Of a stretch of 64,000 nt of DNA, positions 37,150-50,430 are shown one piece after another. Every line of letters starts with the position of its first letter. Position 1 is the first letter of the stretch. A program made the position numbers and the translations under genes. A model generated the notes under the pieces. It ran no database searches. It worked only from the letters and a program-made list of their open reading frames with translations, and was not told where the DNA came from. The DNA comes from Sphyrna mokarran (taxonomy: Eukaryota): NCBI GenBank assembly GCA_024679065.1, contig JAGIQG010000020.1, forward strand, positions 35,898,001 through 35,962,000, read 5' to 3'.

Positions 37150-37710
37150 TGAACTTCGTCAGAGATACACAGCATTAAAACAGGCCTTTTGGCTCAACTT
37201 ATCCATGCCAACCAGGTTTCCTAAACTCCCACATCCCTCTAAACCTTCCCCATCCACATACCTGGTCAAATGCATTTTAAATATTGTAATAATTGTACTC
37301 ATCTCTACCACCTCCATCTGTATACACAGAACAGGCTTGAAGGGCTGAATTTGCCTGGGGAAAAAATTGTCCCTCAGGCACCTTTTAAAAACTTTCCCCT
37401 ATCATCTTAAACATACATCCTTTAATGTTGGACTCCCAAGCCAAGGAGAAAAGCTTCAGCTATTCAACTTGTTCATGCCACTCGTAATTTTATAAACTTC
37501 TGTTATGTCACCCCTCATCCTCCTACAATCTAGGAATTTGGACTCTATCATTCAAACCTTCTAGTCCTAGTAAAATCCATAGAAAACTTTTTTGCACCTT
37601 CCAAGTTTAAGAACATTCTTTAGAGCAACTAGAATTGTATGCAGTACTCCAAATGTGGCCTTACCAATGTCTTGTACAGTTATAACACATTAACTTCTGT
37701 ACTCAATGTT
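37150..37710 (-). mobile_element. CR1 3' fragment
   Basis: Minus strand encodes LYKTLVRPHLEYCIQF. Confidence 0.8.
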
Positions 37711-40094
37711 TAATCACTGAAGTTTGTGAAGTCAGTGGATAAGAACATGAGTTCATAAGAGAATCTGAAACAGAGGTGTAGGAAAATTGAAAGCTGTCTG
37801 TCATATCACACATACACACTTAGAAGTGTAGGTGTGACCAGAAAGGTGCTACATAAGTGATATCAGTTAGACAGAAGCACAAAGAGTTGCAGCTAATATT
37901 ATGTTGAATAACCTTGTAAAACATTAAAATATTTTGAAGGAAACATCTTGATCTATTGCCAACCTTTAAGTAGTTCTTGTCTGCTGAGATAACAAAACAA
38001 TTAAGAATCAACCACATTATGTTAAGTCTGGGGTCAGATGTAGGCCAGACTTGGTAAGGGTGGCAGATCTCCTTCTTGGAAAGATGTTAATGAAACAGAT
38101 GGGTTTTTATAACAGGTCAGGGCCTCTGGATCACTAATCCAATAACATTAGAATGATGCTATCATCTCCCTGCCAAGAGTAAATAATTACAACTATTAAA
38201 AACTGAATTTTGTTTTAAAATGTGACTGAGGTACAACTCAAAACAAAATGTCATTTGCTTACAAACGATTTACTATCGTGGGCATTCTGGCCAACCACAG
38301 ATGTCAGCAACACTTCCTCAGGGCTGACAGCTTCAGTTTTGTGGGACAAGTCAGCTTTTTATGGTAATGCTAAACATCTTAAAATTACTTCTTTCAATAT
38401 GTTCCTTGAAGATACTTGGAAGGAAAGGGCAATCTTGTCATTTGCATTCTATTGGAGTCATTTGCAAATAATTGACATTCACAGTGCAACATATTCAAAA
38501 ATTCATTGTCTACTTAAAGTCTTTTCCTCTGAACAGTAATATATTTGCATGGAAGGATAGTACAAGACTGACAACAGCTGCAGAATCCAGCTGCATGAGG
38601 TAGAATTCATGCCAAACTTATTAACAGCTTGTACTAAATAGACAGCCTACCTCAGGAGGTGGACTTGCAGTTCATGGAACTGCGTGCTCACCTTGACCAC
38701 TACCACAAAAAACCAAAGGCAGAAGCCACAAAAATACATGTGATCACTTGTGAAAACATGTCTATACAAATAATTGATTCACTGAAATCAAAGCTGGGCT
38801 AAAATCCAATGTGCACACAAGTGCCTGGTGCTTGCTATGACCACCTCTCCCTAGCCATAGTGCTTTTCCTCTGCTGGATGCTCAGTATCAGGTAGTCTGA
38901 ATAAGCAGTTTGCAATATTTGCTTGGATTTCAACGAAGCAATTATTCACACAGGCATGTTTTTACAAGCAAAGCTAAGAAATGGATTTTGTGGCTTCCAC
39001 CTTTGCTAAATATATAGATTTAAGTGAGTTTAATTGAAAATGGGACAGCTGACTTCAGAAATAAATCAAAAGTTTGATGATATTTTAAGTGTCCAGGAAT
39101 GAAGAGTTAAAGCAAATGTGTACAGTTCATACAGTAGTCAAAACAAAGAAATCCTAACAGGGCTGGTGTAAAATCCAGATATTGGATTTACTGTTAAAAG
39201 TGCAGTGGAATTTTTGCTCAAGTCATGTAGAAAATTTGGACTGGAAACCATCAATAGCAAGCATTATTGTGAAAGATTTTAAAGTGCATTTTTGGGGGCA
39301 GAGTTCAGAAACTCACATGACAATCGGGGGGGAGATTGAGAAATCCAGACACTTCGGTTCAGTGTATTTGTGTGCTTAAAGAGACTGGAGTGTATTCTGT
39401 AATCTATGTTAATTGTTAAACTAAGGGAGGATTAAGAGAATGTTGGATCATAATCCAATTTTCTTCATGTTTCTTGTGTTGAAAACTAGTTAGCAGTCTT
39501 GTGACTCTTCCTCCACCTTTCACTAAAAAGGTTAGGATCTTTTAAGCTAGTGTTCCATTCTAGAATCCTCATGTTCAGTTCATCAACTAGAATTGTAACA
39601 GTTTGCTGAAGGGGGTCAAGGGAGCAGGAAGCATGTGTCATGGGCAAGAGAAGTTTTGGCAGATGCCCAAGAAGAAATAGGAAACAAAATGAAACATGAG
39701 AAACAATAGGGAGTGTTAAAGTAACAGGAGTATGAGGCAGCTTGGTAATTGGAGAAAAAAGTATGGAAGGGGGATGAACAAAAGGGGTTTAAGTTGACAT
39801 AGTGCAAGGAGGGTAGGGTTATTTGCTTTCCAGGATGATCTAGAATATAGTGAACAGTTTTGGCAAGACAAGAACTTATTTGGTATTTCATGTTATCCAT
39901 CTAGATTTGACAACTGATGCATCCATTTTTGTCATTCCACATTTACAATTCAAATCCCAAATGTATAATGGAGTATCCTATTAGCCTTGTACCTCAAATT
40001 AAAATCTGTTCAATACAAATTCAAAATTCCAAACTAATACAAATAATTTAGAATTTAAGGGTTTACTTTGAAATCAGCAGTATTAAATTAAGTA

Positions 40095-41418
40095 CTTCAT
40101 GATAGTATTCACCAAGGAGAAGGACATTGAGGGTACTGAGATTAGTGTGAAGCATGCTAATAATATTAGGACTTTGAGATCAAAGAAGTGATGCTGGGTT
40201 TCTTGACAAGCATCAAGGTGGATATGTCCTCAGGGCCCAATGGGATCTAGCCTGAATGATCTTTATATTCATGTTAGTCATTAGAAGGGTACCAGAGGAC
40301 TGGTGAGTAGCTAATGTTGTTTCTCTGTTCAAGAAAGGAAAAAGGATAATCCAGAAAATTATAGACTGATGAGTCTCAGTGGTCAGAAATTATTGGAGGA
40401 GACTTAGGGATAGATTTACTCACACTTGGAAAAGCATGGCCTAATCACAAAAAGTCAGGATACCTTTGTGCTGTGTAGGTCATGTCTTGCTAACTCAATT
40501 GGATTTTTTGGGAGATGACAAAGGTGATCAATGAGGACAGCAGTGGATGCTGTCTACACAGATTTAGATATTTCAGCTTTGGAAGGGAAAAAAGCTTTTG
40601 ATGTCAATCCTATCCATGCCTCAATTTTATAGACTTCTATCAGGTCATCACTCAACCTCCAGACAAAACAATCCTTGTTTGTTCATCCTCTCCTTATAGC
40701 TGGTACTCTAATTTTTACTCTAAGTATTCATGTTGAAAACTGCAAACAAGGCTTTAGACAAGGTCCTTCATGATAAACTCATTCAGAAGATTAAGATGCA
40801 TGGGATCCATGGTGACTTGGCTGCTTGGATTCAGGTTTGGCATTTAGCCTGCTTGCCTTCATTAAGTACAAGAGTAAAGGTGCCATGTTGCAGTGTTATA
40901 AAAAGATCTTTGGTTAGGCTGCACTGGAGTATTGCATTCAATTCTGGTCACCATATTACAGGAAGGACACAGAGGCTTGAGGTGCAGAAAAGGTTTACCA
41001 GAATGCTGCTTGGATTAAAGAGTACAAACTATAAAGGAGAGGATGGACAAACAAGGGTTGTTTTCTCTGGAGTGCTGAAGGTTGAGTGAAGACCTGATAA
41101 GTCGACAAAATTGAGGGGATAGATAGGGTTGACCATCAAAATCTTTTTCCTCTCCAAAGCTGAAGTGTCTAATACTAAGGGGCATGCACTTCAGGTGAGA
41201 ATGGGAAATTTCAAAGGGTATGTGAAGGATAGTTTTGTTTTTAAGCAGCATGGTAAGTGTTTGGAACACTGTCGTCAGGTGTGGTGGTGGAGACAGTATA
41301 ATGGAGGCTTATAGATAAACGTATGAATATGCATCAAGGGATTAGTTTAATTTGGTGCATGTTTGGTATAACATGGGCCGAAGGGCCTGTCCTTGAGCTG
41401 TACTATTCTATATTCTAA
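40095..41418 (+). mobile_element. Decayed CR1 LINE ORF2 with an internal inverted duplication
   Basis: PENYRLMSL, KALDKVLH and EVQKRFTRML remnants; tail TACTATTCTATATTCTA. Confidence 0.85.
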
Positions 41419-41964
41419 GTAACCATGTTGAAACCTGCAAACCGAACTTAGCTTAAAATCAAGTCAATTCCTGCAGACAAGATGTTTTCTATACATGTTT
41501 CTGTAGCCCAACTAAGTCGCATAGCTGTTCTATTTAATGTTGTACCACATCCCAAGCACATTACCTTTAAGGAGCCCCACTTAGCCTGCTGTGTTGTGTA
41601 TCTAGCAAACTAATCCCCAATTGTCAATTTGCACTCAAATTGTACCACACACTTGTGACATGGAACATGTACTCAACTGTATATTCTTTAAAATTTGCTG
41701 CTGTATGGAACTCTACATCAAGTAGAAGTGCATCTTTAAAATCACCAACCCTCTTACTTCAATTCTCTTCCCTTGAAGCAAACCTTTACAAAAATGATTC
41801 TACATGCAATATCAAACTTCTAGTACTTCATTCAAGCAGCAATCCTTCAGATGTGATTAAAATGTTCAAGCTATTCCATGTTTGGGTGGTGAACAGGGAA
41901 CAAGCTGGACAAATATTATTCCCATCCAAGATGCACAAACTGTACTTCCCAGCTGGAGTCACTG

Positions 41965-42199
41965 GATAGTGGCCGAGGCAGTAAAAAGTCTAAACACCAG
42001 GTTGAAGTCCAACAGGTTTATTTGGCAGTAAATGCCACTAGTTTTTGCAACACTGTTCTTTTGTCAGGTGAACTCTCCATTCATCTGGAAAAGGAACAGT
42101 GTTCCAAAAGCTAGTGGTGTTTACTACCAAATAAACCTGTTGGACTAGCCTGGCATTGAGACAACTGTGTTTACCCCAGTCCAATGCTGGCATCTCCAT
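41965..42199. mobile_element. Second, older foldback Penelope-derived element (opposite orientation)
   Basis: Inverted arms (AGTCCAACAGGTTTATTTGG vs CCAAATAAACCTGTTGGACT). Ends with the reverse of the GGAGATGCCAGCATTGGACTGGGGTAAAC head. An 8-bp AGTCACTG flanks both sides (41957-41964, 42200-42207). Confidence 0.8.
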
Positions 42200-43444
42200 A
42201 GTCACTGAGAGCCAGAATAAATGTATGTTTTTCCTTTTCCTAAGCTAGACATACTGCAGATATTAACAACATCCTTACTGGCAGCACTTCCTCACCTAGA
42301 ATCAAATGTAATGGTCAGACCTGACAATAGAGAAAACTCTTGAAACCTCCAGTTAGTTACTTCTACTGATATGGTTCAATTTACAGGATGTTGAACTGAA
42401 ATATTTTCCCAATCATTTACTGCATCTTAGATAAACCCACAAATAATTTGCACCAACTTTGAATGTTAAAAATGATTACATCCCACATATTTCATTTACA
42501 AGTTGAAATGTTTGCAAAATGACAATTCAAAATTCATTGATCTGAACTGAAGGTAACTTTGGAAACTAATCTCACATGACACTATGGATGGAGCTAATTC
42601 TGTATTTAGTGTAAAATTTACATTGTCACATTTTAATATTCCAAACTTGTTTTTAAAAACAGTGAATTTCTGTACACAAGACCAGAGTTTTGTTCTCAAA
42701 CAAGCATTTTATAGTGGAGTTCCAGATCCAAATAAGCAGATGACAGTTGAATTTATAACAGCAACATACACTCAACAATTCAAACAAGAGTATTATTGAA
42801 TTCATTTCAGTTTCCAAAACAAGTGAAGCAAAATTCAAAGATATTTCAAAACCACTGGTAAAAGGGCATAATGGGACATTTTGTTTGTATCCAAATAGAT
42901 AACAATTTCCTTGTATCACGCAAACTCAAGTAGGCCAAAGTGACCAATTTCAGACTAGAAAACAGCCCTATATATTTGAAATTAACCTGAAAAGGCAAAG
43001 ATTTGAAAAACAGGTTAAGCAAGCCATTTCATGGCAATTGAGTATTTTTCATTAATGGCTTGCAGCCAGCTGTAAAAAACATACTGACAAGTCTAAGCAA
43101 TTGGTACAGTACTGGATACATCCTAATTGGCTAACAAGTGTTCCTCCAACTGTTCATATTACACAAAATTCAGGCCATACTCAACCATCCTATACTTGCA
43201 CAACCTAAGCTAAACATGCGATTCTGCACATGGATTTTTCAGCAAATGCTATCCATAGGGTTAATAGCTATGCTAACCACCAATTTAATATAATCAGCCA
43301 ACTCAATGGTTCATTTACACTTACTAGAACAAACAGGAATCATTTCATGCAAATGGAGTGTTAAAGCCTTGTGCCTTTTCTGAATTGACCAAAAGCATGG
43401 GGAGCCTAAGGCTCACCATCCCCTCTCCCCACCCACTTTTGCCA

Positions 43445-45120
43445 AAGAACAAACAGGAACAGGCCCTTCAGCCCTCCAAGCCAGCACTATTCATGATGCC
43501 TGCCTAAATTAAAACTATGCGCTTATGGCGTCTGTATCCTTCCACTCCCATCCTATTCATGTATTGTCTAGCTGCCCTTTAAATGCCACGATTATATCTA
43601 CTCCCACCACCTCCCCAAGCAGTATGCTCCAGATATTCACCACTGTCAAAAAACTTTACCCCACACATCTTAAACTTTGTCCCCTACTTCTTGACTTTTC
43701 TATCCTTCAACTATCCACACCGATCAATCTTGAAAACCTCTTAGGTTATCCTTCAAACTCCATTGTTGCAGTGAGAACAAATTGAATTTATCAATCATCT
43801 CCTCATAGCCAATACCCTCCTGACCAGACAACATCCAGTAAACTTCTGTACCGAGTCCAAATCTTTCTGGTAGTGTGGCGAACAGAATTGTACACGATAT
43901 TTTAAACGAATCCTAAGATTCCAACATGACCTACTAGTTTTTATACTTAATGCCCCTATAGGTAAAGGCAAGCATGCTGTATGCCTTCTTGACTAACTTA
44001 TCCACCAGCATTGCCACTTTGTGATAGGTGAACACCCAAATCTCTCCTGTCAATACTCCTAAGGGTTCTAGCATTTACTGAAAAATTCCTACATGCATTG
44101 GACTTTACAAAATACATTACTTCACCTGTTTGGATTAAACTCTGCCATTTCCCTGCTGAAGTCTCCAACAGGTCAATATCTTGCTGTATCCTCAATCTCT
44201 GACCATTCTCTTCACCATCTGCAACTCTACCAACTTATGTCATTTCAAACTTCAGACCAGTTATATTTTCCTCCAAAGTCATTTATACTACAAATGATCA
44301 AGGTCCCAGAACTGATCCCCATGTAAGACCACTAGTCATAGCCTTCTATTCAGAAAAGCATCCCTCTACTGCTAACCTCTGTCTTGTGGCCAAGCCAGTT
44401 TTGTATTCATCTTGCCAGCTCTTGTCCAATCTTGTGGCTTCACCTTTTATACCAGTCTACCACAAGGTACTTGGTCAAAAGCTTTAATGAAGTCCATATA
44501 TACAATATCCAACACTTTCATCTAACATCTTCATCATCATTTTCTTGATTAAAAAGGAAATTAACAAGCACAACCTCCCCTTCACAAAACTGTGCTACCA
44601 CAAGTTCATTTGTTTTCAAGTGTGAGCAAGTCCTGTCCAAGATTCTTTTCCAATAATTTCCCTACGACTGACAAGGCTCACTGCCTAGAATTTCCTGGGT
44701 TATCCTCACTGCCCTTCTTAAGCAATGAAGAACACAGGCTACCTCCAATCCTCTGGAACTTCACTTGTAGGCAATAAGGATACAAAGATTTCTGTCAATG
44801 CCTCTAATTTTCATCCTTGCCTCCCTTGCTATTGTGGGATAGGTTTCATCAGACCCTGGGGACTTGTCTACTTTGATGCTTTTAAGATGCCTAGCACCAC
44901 CTCCTTTTTGATATCAAAATGACCCAGAATATCTACATACTGTAGATCTACTTGGACCAATGCATAGCACAGGCTTGGAGGCTGAAGGACCTGTTTCCTA
45001 TGCTGTACTGTTTTGTTCCTGAGGCTCCTCATCCATCAAGTCCCTCTTTGTAGACTATTGAGGCAAAGTATTCATTTACTGTCTCACCCATTTCCTCTGG
45101 TTCCAAGCATAGATTCCCAG
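43445..45120 (-). mobile_element. Decayed CR1 LINE
   Basis: IQQDIDLLE, YMDFIKAFDQVP and KSPGSDETYP remnants on the minus strand. Confidence 0.8.
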
Positions 45121-45189
45121 TCAAACAATCCAATGACACACCATCTAAGTCCACATTTAGGCATTGTAACAGGTCCTTTGGTGAAAGTT

Positions 45190-46980
45190 ACTATAAAACA
45201 GTGTCAGAGTTTTGTAATACAGGAGCCCCATCAGCTTGTCATGCCTGCCCCAGTTGTCAAGCACCTACTTGCTCTAATCCCATTTTCCAGCACTTGGTCC
45301 ATAGCCTTGTATGCTATGGCATTAAAAGTATTCATCCTTTAAATTCATTTGTGAAATGTGGTTGTCACTAGTTAGATCAGGATTTATTGTCCATGTAAAT
45401 ACTTTCCACATGAGGGTTTCTTCCTCATTCCTTTTTAGACAGTAAAATCCAATTCCCATCAACTTCTGGTGGAAAAGTTTTTCCTCAAATCTCCTGTTCC
45501 TTACCTTGCATTCATGTCCCCTGGTTAGTGAGCCCTCTATCAAGGGAGAAAAAAGTTTCTTACCATCTACATCCCTCAACTTTGTACACCTCAATCAAGT
45601 CTGCCCTTAGCCTTCTCTGCCATAAGGGGAGCAACCCTAGTTTAACTAGCCTCTTAGCTGAAATGATTCAGTCCAAGCAACAGCCTGATGAACCTCTGCT
45701 GCACCTTTTGTAGTGCAATCACATTTTATACTGTTCCATTGTAACCTCCTTGCACTCATTCTACACCTAAACTAATAAAGGCAGGCATCCCATATGCCTT
45801 CCTAACCACCTTATCTAATGTCCTGCTGCCTTCAGAGATCTTTGGACATGCATCCCAAGGTCACTCTGATCCTCCAGAGTCTTACTACTCATTGTGTATT
45901 CCCTTGCCTTGTTAGTTCTCCTAAAATGCATCACTCATTTTTCAATGTTAAATTCCAGATGGACAACAGAGTGGCAAATGATTGACAGAATCTTGTAATC
46001 TCACTATTTTCCATTCCAATTTTTATGTCATCCGCCAACTTGCTGATCATATCCCGAGATTCACATCTAAGTCATTAACACACACTACAAAACAGCAAGG
46101 GACCAAACACCAATCTTTGTGTTACGCCACCACACACAGGCTTCCAATCACAAAATCAAGCTTTGTGCATCGCCCTCTGCCTCCTGCCACTAAGCCAATT
46201 TCAGATCCAAGTTGGCTGGGATTCCCTGGGCTCTTTGCGATCAGTCTCCTATGAGAACTTGTCAAGAGCCCACCTCAAATCTATGTAGACTACATAACTA
46301 CACTACCCTCATCTACACACCTTGTCATCTAGATAAATTCATTCTATGATTTCCCTCAACAAAGCTATGCTTGATTAATCCTTACTTCTCCCAAGGAGAA
46401 TGAATTCTGTCCCCCCCCTCTGAATATTTTCCAATCATTTCACAAGCAGATGTTAAACTCATTGGCCTATAATTACTGTTTTTCCCCTACTTCCCTCCTT
46501 AAATAATGGTACCACACGTTAGCTGTCATTTACCATCTCACCTGAGGAGAGAGAAGATTTGAAAAAAAAAAAAAATCAGCATCCTTGCTTCACAAAGCAG
46601 CCTTGGATACATCCCATCTGGACCTGGGTTTTTAATCCACCTTTAAGCCCAGTAAAACCCCTAACATCACTTCCATCTCAAAAGTGGTATGTTCAATTTT
46701 AATCACAATTTTCCACTCGCCCCAGGCTTTCTATATTTAAATTGTCATTCTCCAGAGTGAACACATGCAAAAGTGTTCATTTAATACTTCATTTATGTCT
46801 TTTGGTTCCATACATAGATTGCCACTTTAGTCTTAATGGGCCCTACACAACAGCTTGCCCTTAATATACTTAAAATATATTAGTATTATCCTTTATTGCC
46901 CATCCCCTGACTTTTTAAACTCTTCAGGCACTGTTTTGCATCCCCTATATTCACTGGAATTTTTGGTCTCAGCCTTCCTA
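45190..46980 (-). mobile_element. Decayed CR1 LINE
   Basis: TRGH..KV, KLADDI, YIDLR and KTQVQMGCIQ remnants on the minus strand. Confidence 0.75.
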
Positions 46981-47051
46981 CCTTGGTCATTGATAACAAT
47001 CTGACAGCTCACCCTTCAAAGAATGTTTTTCAGCCCAGAGTAACAAAGTTA

Positions 47052-47278
47052 AATTTATTAGTGTCACAAGTTGGCTTACATTAATACTGCAATGAAGTTA
47101 CTGTGAAAAGCCCCTAGTCAGACTCCAGCCCCTGTTCAGGTACATGGAGATTTTAGCATGGCCAATCAGAATGTCTTTGGTACTGGGAGGAAACCCACAC
47201 AGACAGAACATACAGGCAATGACCAAGTGGGAATTGAACTCAGGTCCCTGGCACAGTGCTAATCACTGTGCCACCCGT
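47052..47278 (-). mobile_element. HE1-like V-SINE with a Rex-type tail
   Basis: Minus strand GGTGGCACAGTGATTAGCACTG..GGGACCTGAGTTCAATTCCC. Tail TTTATTAGTGTCACAAGT..GAAGTTACTGTGAAAA is shared with the 55645 copy. Confidence 0.85.
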
Positions 47279-48966
47279 TAAAAGAAAATTATGAGCAATA
47301 GGAAGTCTGATTTAAAATTGGCAGATTGCACTTAAAAGCACGCTAGTTCACCAGCCATTCAACATACATTCATGAAATGCAGGCAAAGTGCAGGTCACAT
47401 GAAGGCAAAAATATTTCTGATTTGGCAGTTCAATTTCCTGCAATAACTTACAAGACTAAGATTGTCTGCATCCAGTATCTGACAGCTTTAAGGGACAACG
47501 CAAGATGAACACATTGCCTAAACAAAATAATCCATTAGTTCCATGTCCAAAATGGCAAATGATACCATCTATACCAACTTGTTTTTATATAGCAACTTGA
47601 ACATAAATTTCCTAACATGCTTCGCAGGAACATTCTAAAGCAAAATTAGACACCAAGCGATATTTGAGCAGATGACCATTGGTTTAAATTCATGGATGTT
47701 CAAGGGACCAGTATTAGAAGGGTACTGACATCTTGGAAGGTTGGCTAGTGAGCAGCTAAACAATGATTAGAGATCAAACGGAATTTGAAAATAGTGATGA
47801 GATTTTTTTTTTAAAATCGAGACAGTGTGTAGTCAGGAGATATCGCAAGTCGGCAAGCACTGATAGGTGCCTGTGCAGGATAGAAATAGTAAGGTTTTGG
47901 ACAACTCAATTTATTGACGTAGGTGGAAGGCTGGCAGCAAGTGCACTGTAACAGTCTTTCCAATTTCAAAAAAAAGTCTTCATCCAAGAAGCTAATAATC
48001 TTTACTTTCAGATGCGATCCGAACATATTTCCACAATTTGCGTTTTTATTGCAGCATTTTCTTTAAGCGAAAAAGGCGGTCAGTACATTTGGAGATTCTC
48101 AACTTATGGGTATTTCTTAGTCTCTGGATTTTGCTGGACGATTTTTGCATTAACAACATCGTTAACACCATTATTTCTCCAGCAAGATTCACTCAAATCA
48201 GAAAACCAACAAAATCTGGACAAGTTCACCACAGATCGACTTACGACAGGCAAATTTGAAGGTAAATACTGGAGCGAGATTTGAAATATAAATCTCCAAT
48301 CTTATCTTTTTAGAAAGAAATCTAAAAGATGTATAGTCAATCATGCTTTCACAATTAACCTCGGTTGGTACATTTCGACGGGGTTCTGGACTTCAGATCA
48401 ACTGAGCATTAGACATCACTGATGCCACAACTATTACCCTCACCCAGCTCATTTCAAATATCGGACTGCATGTCTTAACAGGTCAGACTAATTGTTTAAC
48501 ATAGAAGATAGACTCAGAATAATTCCAATAATATTTAAATGCTCCTTAGGATTTACTGTAAAAACAATTGCGTACCATGTGTTAAAGACCAGTTGAAGAT
48601 AGTGAGAATGCAACAAGATTCGTGACCAGTTGCCCATTGAAAGGTTATTTATACATATGCTTTATAAAAAGTGACAGTCGGCATGCGAACATTGGAGGCC
48701 CAAATATGATTTAATCCCACACCAAAAAAAGTCAAAATCACAACAGGTAAATTCCCATTTTAAAAAGTGTTTTGTGCATCTTGCTGGAGAATATATGTAC
48801 TGGCGTGGGACAACCGTCGGGTCGCATAGACTGCGGCCAAGTACATATCGAGATTTAGCAATAATAGCCAGCATTCATCAACGTGGAGGTGCCGGCGTTG
48901 CAATAGCAGAAGACATCGGATTAGGACAACATTTTAATCCCAGATCAGTGGCTCATTCTTTCTCAC

Positions 48967-49017
48967 CAATTTCCTGAGGGCCGTTTCGTCCAAAGCGGAG
49001 TAGCGGTCTGCGGACAT
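48967..49017 (-). CDS. SMTN: Smoothelin first coding exon (MSADRYSALDETALRKL)
   Basis: AAC ATG start and 17 codons resembling the human smoothelin N-terminus MADEALAGLDEGALRKL. Immediately followed by a phase-0 donor TTG|GTGAGA. Lies in a CpG island and is too short for the ORF track. Confidence 0.85.
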
Positions 49018-49439
49018 GTTCTGACTAGGCTGTTGTTGCTGGCTCAGTATCCCCGAGAAGGATGACCTGATCAGAGGAATTTTTTGTTGCGGAAGTTGGG
49101 CTGTAGCTCGAGTCAGACTGGATGCTCTTTGCGGGTATAGATCTGAAATTGGATACGGAGTCCAGGTAAAGTTCGACTATCACTCCAGTGACAGAGAGCA
49201 GCAACTGGTAGTCTGATTGCTGCAGGTGTGGCACACGTTCTTTACTCCGGTAAACAATCGCGGCGACGAACAAAATGGCTTGTCTTCTCTTAAATATAAG
49301 AAGCAGGAAAAACGGGGGTGTAAGGCACTCTAGATAAAATCTACACGTCAACACCGAATTCCTGCCGTCGTCGTCGTTATTGTTCCTCCTCCCCTGTTTT
49401 TCAAATTCCAACCTCACGATCCTAAGTACGTTCCATTTG

Positions 49440-49640
49440 CAACCGTTTACCTCAGCGCGAGCTTCAAATAACGACCATCCCCGCCAGGCCCCGCCCGACG
49501 GCACCGATTCTGCCCAATCGCGGCCTGACGTCTCCGCCAGCCGCTTGATGATTGGAGCGTGGCGGCCAACCGTCGCTCTGGCGCCGCGAGGACTCGGCCC
49601 ACTCTGATCCGCGCACCTTCGGCAGACGTCATCTCACCAT
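49440..49640 (-). promoter_or_regulatory. CpG-island promoter of SMTN, with a possible short non-coding exon 1
   Basis: Very CpG-dense. GC box GGCCCCGCCC 49487-49496, CCAAT 49514-49518, ATTGG 49551-49555, CRE-like TGACGTC at 49526-49532 and 49625-49631 (minus). Candidate donor GAG|GTAAAC at 49450. Confidence 0.75.
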
Positions 49641-49814
49641 CAATCTCCCTCTTATTGTTTTAATCAGGTTATAGTGCAGCCGTTTAGAGAGAGAGAGACG
49701 ACTATATATTTAAAAAAGCAGCAAATATTAAAAACATTCAACGGCTCCGGCAGCAGTTTTGGCCAGAGAAACAAAGTTAAAAATTTCATGTCGACGTGCT
49801 TCATTTAGAATCAC

Positions 49815-50116
49815 CAAACTTGCACTTATCTAACAGCTTTTCAGAGTTTGGAGTGTCGCATTGTTTTACAGCCGATGGATTAATTTTTAACTATAGTCAC
49901 TGCGGTGATGTCGGCAATGCAGCAGCCAATTTCCACGCAGCAAGTTCCCCTCGTCTGGGCGTTTTAGTGATCTAGGTTGAGGGATGACTATCTATGAGAA
50001 CATAATAAGTTTCTTCAAAATAGTGGCAAGGAATCTTTTATTTCCACTTGGGAGAGCAGATGGGACCTACGTTTTAATGCCTCAACAGAAAGGCAGTAGC
50101 TCCAGAGCTGCGGCAA
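49815..50116 (-). mobile_element. Deu-domain SINE (SacSINE1/AmnSINE-related)
   Basis: TTCTTCAAAATAGTGGCAAGGAATCTTTTATTTCCACTTGGGAGAGCAGATGGGACCTACGTTTTAATGCCTCA matches the reverse Deu domain; L2-like tail AACTTGCACTTAT. Confidence 0.8.
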
Positions 50117-50129
50117 AAAAATCAACAGG

Positions 50130-50250
50130 TTAGAAACAAAAACAGAAAATGCTGTAAGTTCTCAGCAGGTCTGGCAGCATCTGATAACATACTGAGATTT
50201 TCCAGCATTTTCTGTTTCAGATTCCAGCATCCACAGTACTTTGCCTTTAG
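50130..50250. mobile_element. Short foldback Penelope-like terminal fragment
   Basis: AAACAGAAAATGCTG ... CAGCATTTTCTGTTT inverted pair, followed by AGATTCCAGCATCCACAGTA. Confidence 0.6.
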
Positions 50251-50294
50251 TTTAGCAAGCTGAAAAACGTTCTACCCTGCTCTCATTGTTTCTT

Positions 50295-50430
50295 ATTCAG
50301 TCTTGGGATGTGATATTATTCACGAGACCTGCATTTATTGCTCATCATGTGATGGTGATCTGCCTTGAACCCTTGCAGTCCATATGGTGAAGGTACACCC
50401 ATAGTACTGTTAGGGAGGGAGTTCCAGGTT
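50295..50430. mobile_element. LINE fragment of the family interrupted by the R2 insertion
   Basis: GCATTTATTGCTCATC..CCTTGAACCCTTGCAGTCCATATGGTGAAGGTACACCCATAGTACTGTTAGGGAGGGAGTTCCAGG aligns across both R2 flanks. Confidence 0.7.

Noticed and set aside
49025-49504. 159-aa minus-strand ORF over the CpG island
   Set aside because: Non-ATG start, no recognisable domain, and it stops just before the SMTN ATG. Best explained as UTR/intron sequence open by chance.
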